This document shows positions 1 to 12,300 of a DNA stretch of 64,000 nt, piece after piece. A model generated the notes under the pieces. The model did not search any database. It saw only the letters and a program-made list of their open reading frames with translations, and had not been told where the DNA came from. The stretch lies in NCBI GenBank assembly GCA_002633005.1, contig NMRA01000104.1, positions 618,841 to 682,840 of the forward strand. The letters run 5' to 3'. The position numbers and the translations under genes are program-made. The DNA is from Phoronis australis (Eukaryota > Animalia > Phoronida). Positions within the stretch are counted from its first letter, which is position 1, and every line of letters begins with the position of its first letter.

Positions 1-362
1 CAACTGAAATTTTCGGATGTAATAACGTCCTTTGTCAACAGAAACACAAATAATGTAAAATCAAACACTATATGACAATTGACATTTAAGATATGGTGTA
101 ATGAATACGATACATTTTTGCGTAAAAAATTCAATGACATATTTTAAGAAGTTTTTATGTTCAATCCATGAGGTTGGAGTTGAGAAATGTACAAGAATAT
201 TGCTTCATGTATTGAAAAATGCTTTTATGACTTGTAGCAGTGTAACAATAAGAACAGACTAAATCAATCTGTTCCACACAAGTTTATGTTTGGTGACACA
301 CTCAATACAGCAAGGACAAAAGCATTCACATAAAAATAGATTAGCAGATGCAGATTCACTAC

Positions 363-3300
363 CTGGCCCAATACTTCCATTTTCTTGAACATGTCTTTGG
401 ATATCTCTTTACGCAGCTCATCTTCTGCAGACTGGTTTTCATCAGGAGAGATGCGAGCGCGGAAACTTCGCTGCAGACCATGAGAACCCTCTAAAATGGT
501 GCAACATAAATTATCCTTTAAAACTGTTTCGAGAAAATGTTCTTTTTGGTTCATACACTACAGGAAGACGTCACGATGCTCCATTTCAATTTTAACACTA
601 TATCACTTGACAGCAGATCAGAGATTAGATTAAATGCCAGCGACTACACCATCAAATGGATTAATACACCGATATTGTGTACAAGTTTAATCTAAACAGT
701 TCATATAACGAAAAATACTCAACTCCCAAATGGTGTAGACAATTACAAGACGGCCTATAACTTTATCAGTGACAACTGCTAACAAAATGAACTTGTTGAG
801 TCACTGCTTACATACCTTTCCTCAATGTACAGGGCTCGGCCTGGTGTTTATGTTTTAAACTATTCATTGAGAATGGAACCATCACTGTTTTCTTGAAAAC
901 ATCCACAGCTTCATCCTGTTGTCACCCAAAACAAGAGCATTGTGGAGCGTTAACATGAGCCCATGGCGCGCATCACAAAAGGCTAATTTATAAGCACTAC
1001 AGTAAGCAATACTAGTTGATTTAAGATAGAGTCAACCGGTTACAATATCATGATGGTCAACCGAAAAAATTCAATGCTTTCAAGCCTAACTTCAACGGAA
1101 TTTTATTTTAGATGTATTGGGCTAACCAGATAGTCCTAGCAAAGCCTTAGTAAAATAAGAAAACGCGAGTTCAATCACGCAAATGTGAGCCTGTCAAATG
1201 ATAAGTGAACCTGCCTTTTTGTGCCATTTTGCGTCACCGCGAGATCCCAGCACAAACTACAAAAGGTTGTATGGAATAGGGGTCTGAATAGAACACCACT
1301 GTGTGCGGGTGTTATTCGCAGCTGTTTGAATTAAAAGGTCATTCTTGCGGTGACGTAGAAAAAGCAAACCAATACGCCTAACAGTTCGTTACATTCGACA
1401 ATTTATAGCACTAGTGGGCTCAGAGGGATGCTCTTAACATACTGTGGGAACCAAATTTTCAGGTGTTACCGTTGAAGATAGGCTTTCAGATATTCAGAAT
1501 GCAGTAAAGAAACGTAAAACTGCAACAATGCCGTCATGATCAACTTAATAGAAACTCGACTGCTAGTTAGACAAAGAGGTGGAAAACTAAATATTAATCT
1601 CTAAAGTGTTTCTACTTACTATCACCTTTTGGCTAAGGTTGGTCATATTTATTAACAAGGTACTTATTTAATACCAAGCTAGAATTTGATTAGCCAACAC
1701 TCTTAGTAATCATAATATAACCATGAACAGTATTGGACAAGTCTGAATAAATTAGAATCACATTGATTTATGAACCTCCTTTTCATGCCTATGGTCATTT
1801 TCTAAATTGGTGATGTAGCACACATTTATAGTCAAACAATGCAACAAAAGCAGGTACAAAAATATCAAATCAATCCACCAAGCAGACTTACCAACTGGGT
1901 AAGTGCAATCCTGCTCTGGCCACAGCCATCTCTTGATGCTACACTGCCAGATGTGTAGTTCCCTTTACTCTCCTCCCTTGATAGTGAATTACTGTCATAA
2001 ACTGTACTAGCCATGGACACGTCACCCCCCTCATCACTCAACAGTCCATCACACTTTGTCTCCTCACAAATCTTTGACCCAGTATTATCACAGAGCTTGT
2101 CAGGGCTACCAGAAAGTAAGAAGTCAATATTTCTCTTGTCTACCTCGTCATGCCCATATTTAGTCTTATTTCTCACGTCCCCAATATTCACTGGTGTTTT
2201 TGATGGCACAGAGCTGTCAGTTTGGTTATCATTAAGACAGTCACCAGCAGCATTATCTGTTGCACTGAGCAAGGAGTCCTTGGCTCCACTCAGCTCATGC
2301 ACATCCTCTAGTTTAGCATCACAAACTATGCCACCAGTCTTCTTGAATGATTCAAAGATGACCGAGTACTTCACTTCCTGTTTTTCTGCATCCAGTTCCA
2401 AATTTGCTGACTCTTGTGACAAATTGACATCTGATGACTCCGTTCGGACAGGATCCTCAATACAGATACTTTCACCCAACACAGGGTTAGAGTCTGATGA
2501 TAACTCCACAATTTCCGATGGCACCACTTGTTCTGTACTAGACACAAAAAAGGTATCTAATTTTCTTTCTAAAAGAAAAAAATAAGTTACAAATTACAAT
2601 GATTCATCAACATACAGCAGAAACCACTACTCAACAACTAGTTAAAGGGCCCATTCAAAATAACTTAACTCCGGTATGAACAGAGCATCAGACGAGTATA
2701 AACTGTGAAGCTTGTTCAACTGTTCATACCAGATTTGGTAGTTAACAGCATCGAAGTAAATGGTAGGTAACACTGTCGTCAAAGTAATCGCAAGGTAGCA
2801 CTGATGCATAAGATGGTGACATTCGAGGTAGACCAATATATGGGGTGTTTAAGATTTTCCCCTCTTTTTAATGTGACAAGTAAGATAATTGACATTAAAC
2901 TTATATCAAATTCAACTGGCAATTATTTTTAGCAAAATATTAGCGAATATTAGCGATGACACTGCCCTTTGTTGACGATGACAGAGGCCCCGAAGTTGAC
3001 CGTTCATACAGGGCTCCAGCATTGATGCTCAGATGTTCAATCCAACGATTTATTGCAATGTTAACTGGTGCTGTTCACTTCAAACCAGGAGTGCACTTGA
3101 CCCTTCATACTGACCACAACTTCCCAAAGCATTGATAGGGCTTAAAGCGATCGTTCAGTTTTACAATAACATATGTTATGCAATAAGTTCACAGGCTATA
3201 TAATAACAATAACAGAGCACGATAAAACAGATCTGACTGAAGAGACAGCAAAGGTGAGTGCGAAAACTACTAATATTTTAGTTTTTAATTGAAAACTGTT

Positions 3301-6300
3301 TTGCCACAGATTTACTTACGTTTTGTATTAGTTTCCTTCTTTGAAGACCTGCTAGCCCCATCTTTAGCAAAAGCACTGGTAAATGTCCGTTTGAGAGAGG
3401 CAAGAGCACCAGATATTGTGTTCTATAAAAGAGTGACACTTTGAGCGGAACAATACAAACGGATGTACAGACACATGGAACCAGTCTAAACTGTGTATGA
3501 GGTAAGCAAGAGAACGGTGCCATCTCACGTAATCACCAATAGTTTCCAGAACATTAGAGCATATGAGCGGGTCACGGAATGAAACGCGAGCTTGACTGGA
3601 GGAGAGGTAGGCCTAATTACCTTGACCTACACAACAAATTACGTTGTATGATAATTTTCTGTGTGATGTTTTCAAGCGCAATGCACACAGGGGTTCACAA
3701 AAAACAACAAAAAACAGACTATTGTAAGCAAGTATTAAAACCAGAGAACTATGGAAATCACTCTGGTAGTTATGACTAGCTTACTTACTCTTGCATCAGT
3801 GTAGTCTGACACTGAACTGAACATCAGTATCAGAATATGCATGATGCCATCCACAGACAAGTAATGCGGACAGACTGATACAGAATCAGGTGGCAAAAAC
3901 ACTATTATTCAACCTGTCTAGAAACATGACAAAAAACACTTAGGTGAGCATTCACAACATAATTTTATTATAAAGCACTGCCATTGCTCACCTTTTGACT
4001 TTGCACAAAATCTTGAAATGAGCTGAAAAAGTGAAACGGATCTTGAGGCTGATGCATGTTCTGAAATCAGTTCTCATTTTTCTGCCATTTGGATACAAAA
4101 ATTGAATTGGTAACCACGGCAATAACAGTATATCTAGAGAGACCTTGGCTTGAAACCACCAAACTTCATTTGAAACTCCACTCAAAATTTAACTTATCGT
4201 GTGGCATGGTTTGAGTGCAATACTTTCATGTTCTGTGATTGGTCAGTTTTCGAGCCGAGTCTCAAATAAAACGTGGTGGTGACAAGACCAGAAGAAAACA
4301 AACACCGGTCACAATTATCACTGACAGCTCAATATTGAGGAAAAAACAACTGTGACAAGAACAAAACAAAAGTAGAACAAGACAGCAAGCAGTATCATTA
4401 TTCACTAGAGACACAATTTAGTTTCATCCCTTTGCCACATACAGCACTAACTTCAGAAACCTGCCTTGTCTAAAACACATCACAATGAACATACATTACA
4501 CTGAGCAAAATTTTTGAAGCAAGTGTGATTTATTCTAGCATTAAGTTGCTGATTTTGACTTGACCTGAGTACGACGCAAAAGCAAAAAAAAATAATACAA
4601 ATTTACAAACCATTTCTCAGACTGATTTTCTTCACTGTTGTGTACAGCAGTTGGCTTGAGTGCCAACACTGACTGATTGAGTTCAAATGAGGAAGACATC
4701 GGCTCATACATCTCGATCAACGAGCTCTAAAACACAGAGTAACAGGATCAATTCAAGTACACCTATCAAGAATTTCTCTCGCTAGATGAATTGTTGATTA
4801 ATATTGCAAGAATTTCAAAGTATTATTCCAGCTCGAAGAATTTAGAGTCAAATGTTTATTATCAAAGAATGTGGGATTCATGCCAATAATTTAGCGGATT
4901 GTGTAGACAGTTAAGTGGTTTGTCAGAACGTAAGACTGTTTGACAAACTACACTAAGTAAAGTACCTTTATTGTGGCTAGCAACAGTTTCTCCCCGTCAA
5001 CAAATATTTGTCGTTTGTCAGGCGTCACGTTCACATCCACACAATCTGTAACACAAGAACCAGATGACCTATCTGCTCATAACTGTAACACAAGCACAGA
5101 ACCAGATGACCTATCTGATCATAACTGTAACACAAGCACAGAACCAGATGACCTATCTGATCATAACTGTAACACAAGCACAGAACCAGATGACNNNNNN
5201 NNNNNNNNNNNNNNNNNNNNNNNNNNNNNNNNNNNNNNNNNNNNNNNNNNNNNNNNNNNNNNNNNNNNNNNNNNNNNNNNNNNNNNNNNNNNNNNNNNNN
5301 NNNNNNNNNNNNNNNNNNNNNNNNNNNNNNNNNNNNNNNNNNNNNNNNNNNNNNNNNNNNNNNNNNNNNNNNNNNNNNNNNNNNNNNNNNNNNNNNNNNN
5401 NNNNNNNNNNNNNNNNNNNNNNNNNNNNNNNNNNNNNNNNNNNNNNNNNNNNNNNNNNNNNNNNNNNNNNNNNNNNNNNNNNNNNNNNNNNNNNNNNNNN
5501 NNNNNNNNNNNNNNNNNNNNNNNNNNNNNNNNNNNNNNNNNNNNNNNNNNNNNNNNNNNNNNNNNNNNNNNNNNNNNNNNNNNNNNNNNNNNNNNNNNNN
5601 NNNNNNNNNNNNNNNNNNNNNNNNNNNNNNNNNNNNNNNNNNNNNNNNNNNNNNNNNNNNNNNNNNNNNNNNNNNNNNNNNNNNNNNNNNNNNNNNNNNN
5701 NNNNNNNNNNNNNNNNNNNNNNNNNNNNNNNNNNNNNNNNNNNNNNNNNNNNNNNNNNNNNNNNNNNNNNNNNNNNNNNNNNNNNNNNNNNNNNNNNNNN
5801 NNNNNNNNNNNNNNNNNNNNNNNNNNNNNNNNNNNNNNNNNNNNNNNNNNNNNNNNNNNNNNNNNNNNNNNNNNNNNCGGGTCACCGACTCCAGCCATTT
5901 TCAGCTTACAACACACTAAACAATCCCTAAATCCAACGTAGTTGAGTTCTCTACTAACCTATCTTGCCGCAGAATACTCGCCGATGGAAAGTGGTGGCGA
6001 CAATTGGTGAAAAATAGCACAAAACAGAAGTAGAATAGAACAGATTCGCACAGGAAACTCAACGCAAAACCAAGTGGTGGGAAACGCTTGCCTCCTAAAA
6101 CGTCACTTCCGGAATAGCGGACGAGTAATTAATAAAATTACGAAAAGCTGTAATTAAGTGAAAAATATGTCTAGGACAACCAATCAACCTTATTTTAGCT
6201 CAAAATGACATGGAAAAAGGTTGCCTTCGCCTTTAACCTCCTATACTTGAGTTGAGAGTGTGACTACCACTCTACTTCAATGCTGAACTTCCACAACAGG

Positions 6301-9300
6301 CCCATCATGAAATCGTGTGTATTTGAAAGAAAAGAGTACTGGGCTCATTTGCAATTGTTAACTTACTTACTGACATACAACAACAGCCTAGTACAGTTCT
6401 ACTGATGCACAATATTTTCAAAAACATTGCAAGCACTCATAAAGTAAAGAAACACAGAAACTTGTAAGCAAGCATTAAATCCAATGATAAACAGTAATCA
6501 CTGGTAGTTACATCTTGCTGTTTCTCTGGCACCATTGTAGTCTGAGACAACACAAAACAGTAGTCACAGAATATGCGTGATGCCTTGGTAACATACAATA
6601 ATTGAAAGTTGTTGATAAACAACAAAACTCTTGATTATGAATAACTTTAAAATACAAAACCTATTTCTTATTTTCCAACTGTTTAATATGTGAAGGTTGG
6701 TCACAGGTGCGTACCTTGATGTCGTTGTGTCCCTACCTTGATCACATCACAGGGTCGTTTGTTGATGAACATAAACTGTCTGTCAGTGGTACTTCTACCA
6801 AGACCATGTTGACACTTGGAGACATAGCCTTGTATGGTGAACACATCACTGTGAGTCTGTACGTCATACTCACTAGATACAGCTTCACTGGGATGGGACT
6901 GTTTGAAGGGCATTAGGCTGGAAAACTGTGGTCAATAAAAGAACAACATAATGTGACAGAGATCACCATCCAACAATTGTGGAACATTTAAAAACATAGT
7001 CAACAGGATAAAATAAAATAGGTCTGAACTAACGGGAGGCACTTTTGAAGAAAAAGAAACCATTAGGTTATGTCAGACCTTATTGATAAATCTACGCATT
7101 TTGGTAAATATCTAAAATACTACAATACCATACAAGTTAATATTGCCAAAGACAAAAAATGTAGAAATTAATATTTAGCTTAATACCAATCTGCCAATAA
7201 TTGGTTCACATGACCATTTGTAAACTTAAGCAAAAAAAAGAAAGGCAAATTTCAAACCAAAACAGCAGTATGAAAACATGACAAAAATATAATGATTAAG
7301 AAGAAATCTCAAAAATGCCAGTAGTTTACCAAATTATCAAGAGCTATTTTTGATGGCCTGCAATGCAAAAGCGGACCATTTCAAAAACAATTTCTAATTG
7401 TTTTGGAAACCAGTGCATTAAGCATGTTATCTGAAAGTTTGACAGGAATTTGTTTTCTCAGCCATTTCTGAGACGTTTAGAAGTTAGCCAAGTTTTTTTT
7501 GGTCCCAAACAACCTTAAACACACTGTACACATGAAACAAAAGTCTTACAATAGATTTATGGATTGCAGCTCAGTAACACATGCAGTGAAAATAATGAAA
7601 TGTTAGCACCACCAATCTAAACTCTATTGACAAATGGTGCACAGGATAACAGGCAACTCAGTCAAAATTAAGCTCGTTTGCTATCAAGCCTGTGTCTAGT
7701 GTACAGACACATCATCAAAATTAAGCCTCGTGATTGTAGACTTTTTAAAGATTTTAAGCCTGCCCACTGAATAGCACCATGCTACTTCAAAGGCTTGCCT
7801 GCACATTTCTACTGTTGTATGCAATTTCGTATACAACTTCTGAGCCTCAATCTACCAATGATAAATATTCTCCAATGTGGACAGTCTCTAGAATTTTGAT
7901 ACGGAAACTCCCACAAAAATTCAATATTCTTCATTATGGAATTTAGAGCAAGGGCAGTTTTAGTGTTCAAGATAATTTTCAAATTTCGGTCAATGTGTAT
8001 CTTTCTGGTGATTGTTGAATTTGCGATGCGTAGACGCAAGAATCACGCAAAAAAGCAAGATCAACAAAATTATGCAAGAAAAATGCAAGTGTTTCAAGAG
8101 TATAATCATGCGTTAACTGTACCCTAAACATTGAGGGAACTGAAACGATTGGCCAATAAGGTTGGAATGTTAAATTTTGATAGATTTCACTTTTCTTGTT
8201 CCATAAGAGAAGATTTCTTGCCACAAGTGCTGAGCTAGTCTTGAGTTAACAGAACGCAGCTGTGTTGTCTTAGAAATTAAACTGTCCAGACCTAGTTTGT
8301 AAGACTTGTGTGTTACATAATGATCACCTGTTTAGCACCAAACAAGTTAGTGAGGTTGTCCTTCATTGAGTCGTTGGCGTTAACGGATAGGACTTGTACT
8401 TTCTGCCTGTGCAAAAGAAAAAAACAGAGTGCTAAAAACAAGACACAACTGTCACATTCAGTGACTTTAAATGCAATAACCAATAAAAACAGGAGGTAGA
8501 CTCAACACTGAAATTAACGTCATGGACGCTTAAACTGGTGAGCATGGAAATTGGGATGAGGGCAATTAACCCACAGATGGATGTTTACATTGGAAATTTC
8601 AAGAAATTGGGGGTGGGCGCTTACCCTGAGCCCGTTCCCACCCTTGATCTTTGAAATTGAAGTCCACAGACCTGAAGTTCAAAGGATTTGCAATAAGGCA
8701 TGAAAGTAAAATTGCCTTCATGTCACTAAACTGTAGTTATTTCCCAAGGATTAATTAGGTCAAGAACAGGCAAGTATCCAACTCAATGAGGGGTATGTTT
8801 GGCAGTGAATGAGTAACTCGTGGAAAGGTGAGTTTGGCAGTGAAAGAGCTAATGAAAAAAGGACGGAGTTTGGAAGAATAGAATAATTCATCAGTGCATG
8901 ACAAAAAAACACAGGATACAAAATGGGCATCATTTTTGAGAAAGGTACACTATTTAGAATACGCCTGCAGAACACAAGGAAGAAGACTGTCAAACCAGGC
9001 AATACATACGACTCGACTCAGAAATGGTTACCAGTTTTCAGCAAAGACAAACCTACCCTTTTCCCACTTGGTTGGAGCAAGTTATTCTCAAACCAACGGA
9101 GATGATACAGTAGGCATTCAGCACACTGATCATCTTATTAAACTCCTTCTTGATGTTTCGTAGAAACTCCTTATGCCGAACAGGAAGAGTAGAAAATAAG
9201 TGGGAGATAGTCACGGTTGTACCGACCTGAAAGTTCAAACGATTACATTTTATTGTCATTTCTGATTAGAGCCAGTGGTTTCCACCTGTATCTTGGCAAT

Positions 9301-12300
9301 GTAATGTGGCAAGATGTAATGCCATAACTGGATCAAGATGAATAAAGAGCAGAGATTAAAGAATCTGATGTATTTGCATACTTCTGAGTAATATATAGCA
9401 GGAAGTAAACGACAATGCTATTTGAACATCATCTACGCTAAACAAAGTGCGGTTGTATTCATTGACAACTTGTAAATGTGAAAACAAAAAATTCTGCAAA
9501 TAGCTGACCTTTGTACTAATGATGTACATTGGGGGCTCATAACTCGCATCATGCAGTGTTATTCACCAACATCATGACACAATACTTCCAGGACATGGTT
9601 GAGTGATTTACGGGCGGATCATTTTAGAAAAAGAACTCGTTCTAAAAACATTTGGCAATTTTCAACCTACTTCATATTCACATCATCGCTATACGTTGTG
9701 TTTCTAACTAATTTTACCGATCAATCACAGAGATAAGGAATTAGAGTGCAAGTTCCACTTGAAAAATGTCTTTACAATGTTTAACAGGTTTTACTCTTGT
9801 TCAAACAGCAACTCATGTGTCAATACATTGCGTATGACAACTAAATCAGGAATACTTAACTTCCTCTGTATCATCTTACAGTAAAGCTCACCTGTCTGGC
9901 ACAAGGTGTCTGTCTGATCAGGTTACCATGGTGATCATAGTCCAACTTGGCAGCCACAGTGCAGCTCTGATGGCGTGTAGTAATGGAGACACATCTGGCG
10001 ACAAACAAGACTATATCAATTGAACAACAGACAAGGGCTTCATGTAGGATTTTGCAAACTGGGCGTTCAAGATGACACCAATTTTCAAGTGAGTGTCCAT
10101 TTATCTGACTGAGCGGATAGGAATTCCATCGCATTGATTCGTGTCGACAGGACTACATTAGCTACAGGTATAACAGATCAGCATTGATTTTGAGTAACGC
10201 ATTAGATTCTGGACAGTGTTAGAAGCAGCTTTATCTTTAAAAGGTTCCCAATCACCCAGAACACATTCAAGTTGTGTAGAAAAGGAAAGCACGACCAAAT
10301 CCAGGGAGTTTTATCTGATGAAGAACAAAAGCTTACTGTTTGACTAAAAATAAATTGTGGGAGTGGCAGGTTACAGTGCCACCACTGGTAAAAATTTGAA
10401 CTAAAATCAAACCCATTTTCAGTATGCACAGAGTTCACTAATTCTTGAAATGACATACTTCAACAAACATGTATTCTAAAATACAGAAAACAAGATTAAA
10501 ATTTTAAGTGGCCAAGCACGGTTCCGTCCTCTTAAAAATTTTAATAAGTAGAGAACACTCATGTTGAGACACTTTGTGGTTGCATGAAAACCTCCTTACC
10601 CTAAGGCGCATAATGAACTTAGTGCCTCTCCTCTGAATCCAAATGTATCTACATTGACAAGGTCTGAGAAATCTTGAATCTTGGAAGTGTGATGTTTCAG
10701 AGCTGAAAATAAATAAAAGAGAATGCTTAGCCTTACAGACATGCCAAGAATTGTACTACACACTCAGTTTACTTTTAACTGTAACTGATCCTTGCAGGTT
10801 TAGTAATTGGCCCAATTATGTTGCACACCCAGCAGAATTGACCTGTCACCAGGATTTTGAAAAACGGTTTAACAGACCAATCAAAACGCAGCAATCTTGA
10901 CAGACCTTCATTTCTAAGCCGCCATTTTACCCACAAACAACACCTTTGTCGACCTTTCGCAAGGGGGCGGAGCTTGCGACAGGACAGTTAGTGAGAACCA
11001 GAATACTGGCAACAAATCGCTGGTCATCTACGAAGGAACAAGACCACAGAGCCTGTTTGCAGACGGTTCTACTGGCCAGGGCTGCAGGGTGATGTTGCTG
11101 ACTGGTGTAAGAAGTGCCTTATGTGTGCGCAGCGGAAGCCAGGTCCTGGAAATGGCAAGGCACCTCAACAACAAGGACATACTGGCGCATCGTTCCAGAG
11201 GATCCCCATCTACATCCTCGATCCCTCCCGAAGTCTATGATATGGTCGTGGCGGACTATTTCACCAAATGGACCGAGGCGTATGCTATTCCTAATCATAC
11301 TGCACTTATAGTAGCCGACAAGCTGATGATAGATTTTGCCGACCAGGGGAGAGAGTTCGAGAGTAAATTGTTTCCGGAGCTCTGCAGGAAGCTAGGTAAA
11401 AAGAAGACCCGGAACACCCCCTACAGGCCCCAGTCGGACGGCATGGTAGAAAGATTCAACCGCACCCTGCAGCAGATGTTAGCCATGTTTGTGGACAAAC
11501 ACAGGCATGATTGGGACAACCATCTGCCCTACGTGCTCATGGCTTACCGCACTGCCGTCCATGACAGCACCAGTTTTTCACCTTACCGTATGGTATTTGG
11601 TAGGGAGGTGCCTCTGCCTGTGGACGTGATGGCACGTCAGCCTTCAGAAGGTCATCCTGATTCCTTTTCGCCAGAATACGTTGAATGGCTAGGCGACGCA
11701 TTGGAGTCGGCGTGGGAAATGGCCAGGGAGAGCTTGGGAGGTAGTTTTCGATGCCAAAAGAGCTATTATGACAGGAGAGAAAAATTCCGCCATTTTGAAC
11801 AAGGTGATCTCGTTTTTCGATAGTATTCCCCGACGACGAACTAAAAGTTGGGTCTTGGTTGGTCGGGCACCTACGAGGTTTGTTCAAGAGTCAGTGACGT
11901 TCTCTACGAGATACAGAGGGGAGCTGACAGGCTTGTCCTCATGCATGTCGACCAGTTGAAACTGTGCGAGGGTGGAAACGAATTAGACGGCAACGCAGAG
12001 GACGGCAGGAGTACTGAGAATATGCAAACAAGAGTACCCAGAGCCAACCCGCAGGGATGCATGCACTATCGAGGAATGATGTAGGCTAGGTCACAGGAAG
12101 GGCAATGCGCCCAGACTCCTAGTCTTCGAATGATTTTTGCGATCCCAAGGAAATTGTAGATGTGGCAGCGAATCCTATGAGAAACAGGAGGGGCTTAGAT
12201 GATTTTTAAAGTTGTCCTGGGGGGTACACTTGCGGCACTTGAAGTCAAACCCCGGAATGAACCAGACGGTGGCTAACGATGTACTTGGCAGTACAGGGAG

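Noticed and set aside
2013-2585. 190-aa Ser-rich plus-strand ORF
   Set aside because: Antisense shadow of the PMS2 linker exon 1892-2568.
5046-5194. CRISPR-like array
   Set aside because: No unique spacers and a eukaryotic intron context; it is a plain minisatellite.
4973-5941. Four long ORFs in the track
   Set aside because: Artefacts of the 42-bp repeat plus the N-run.
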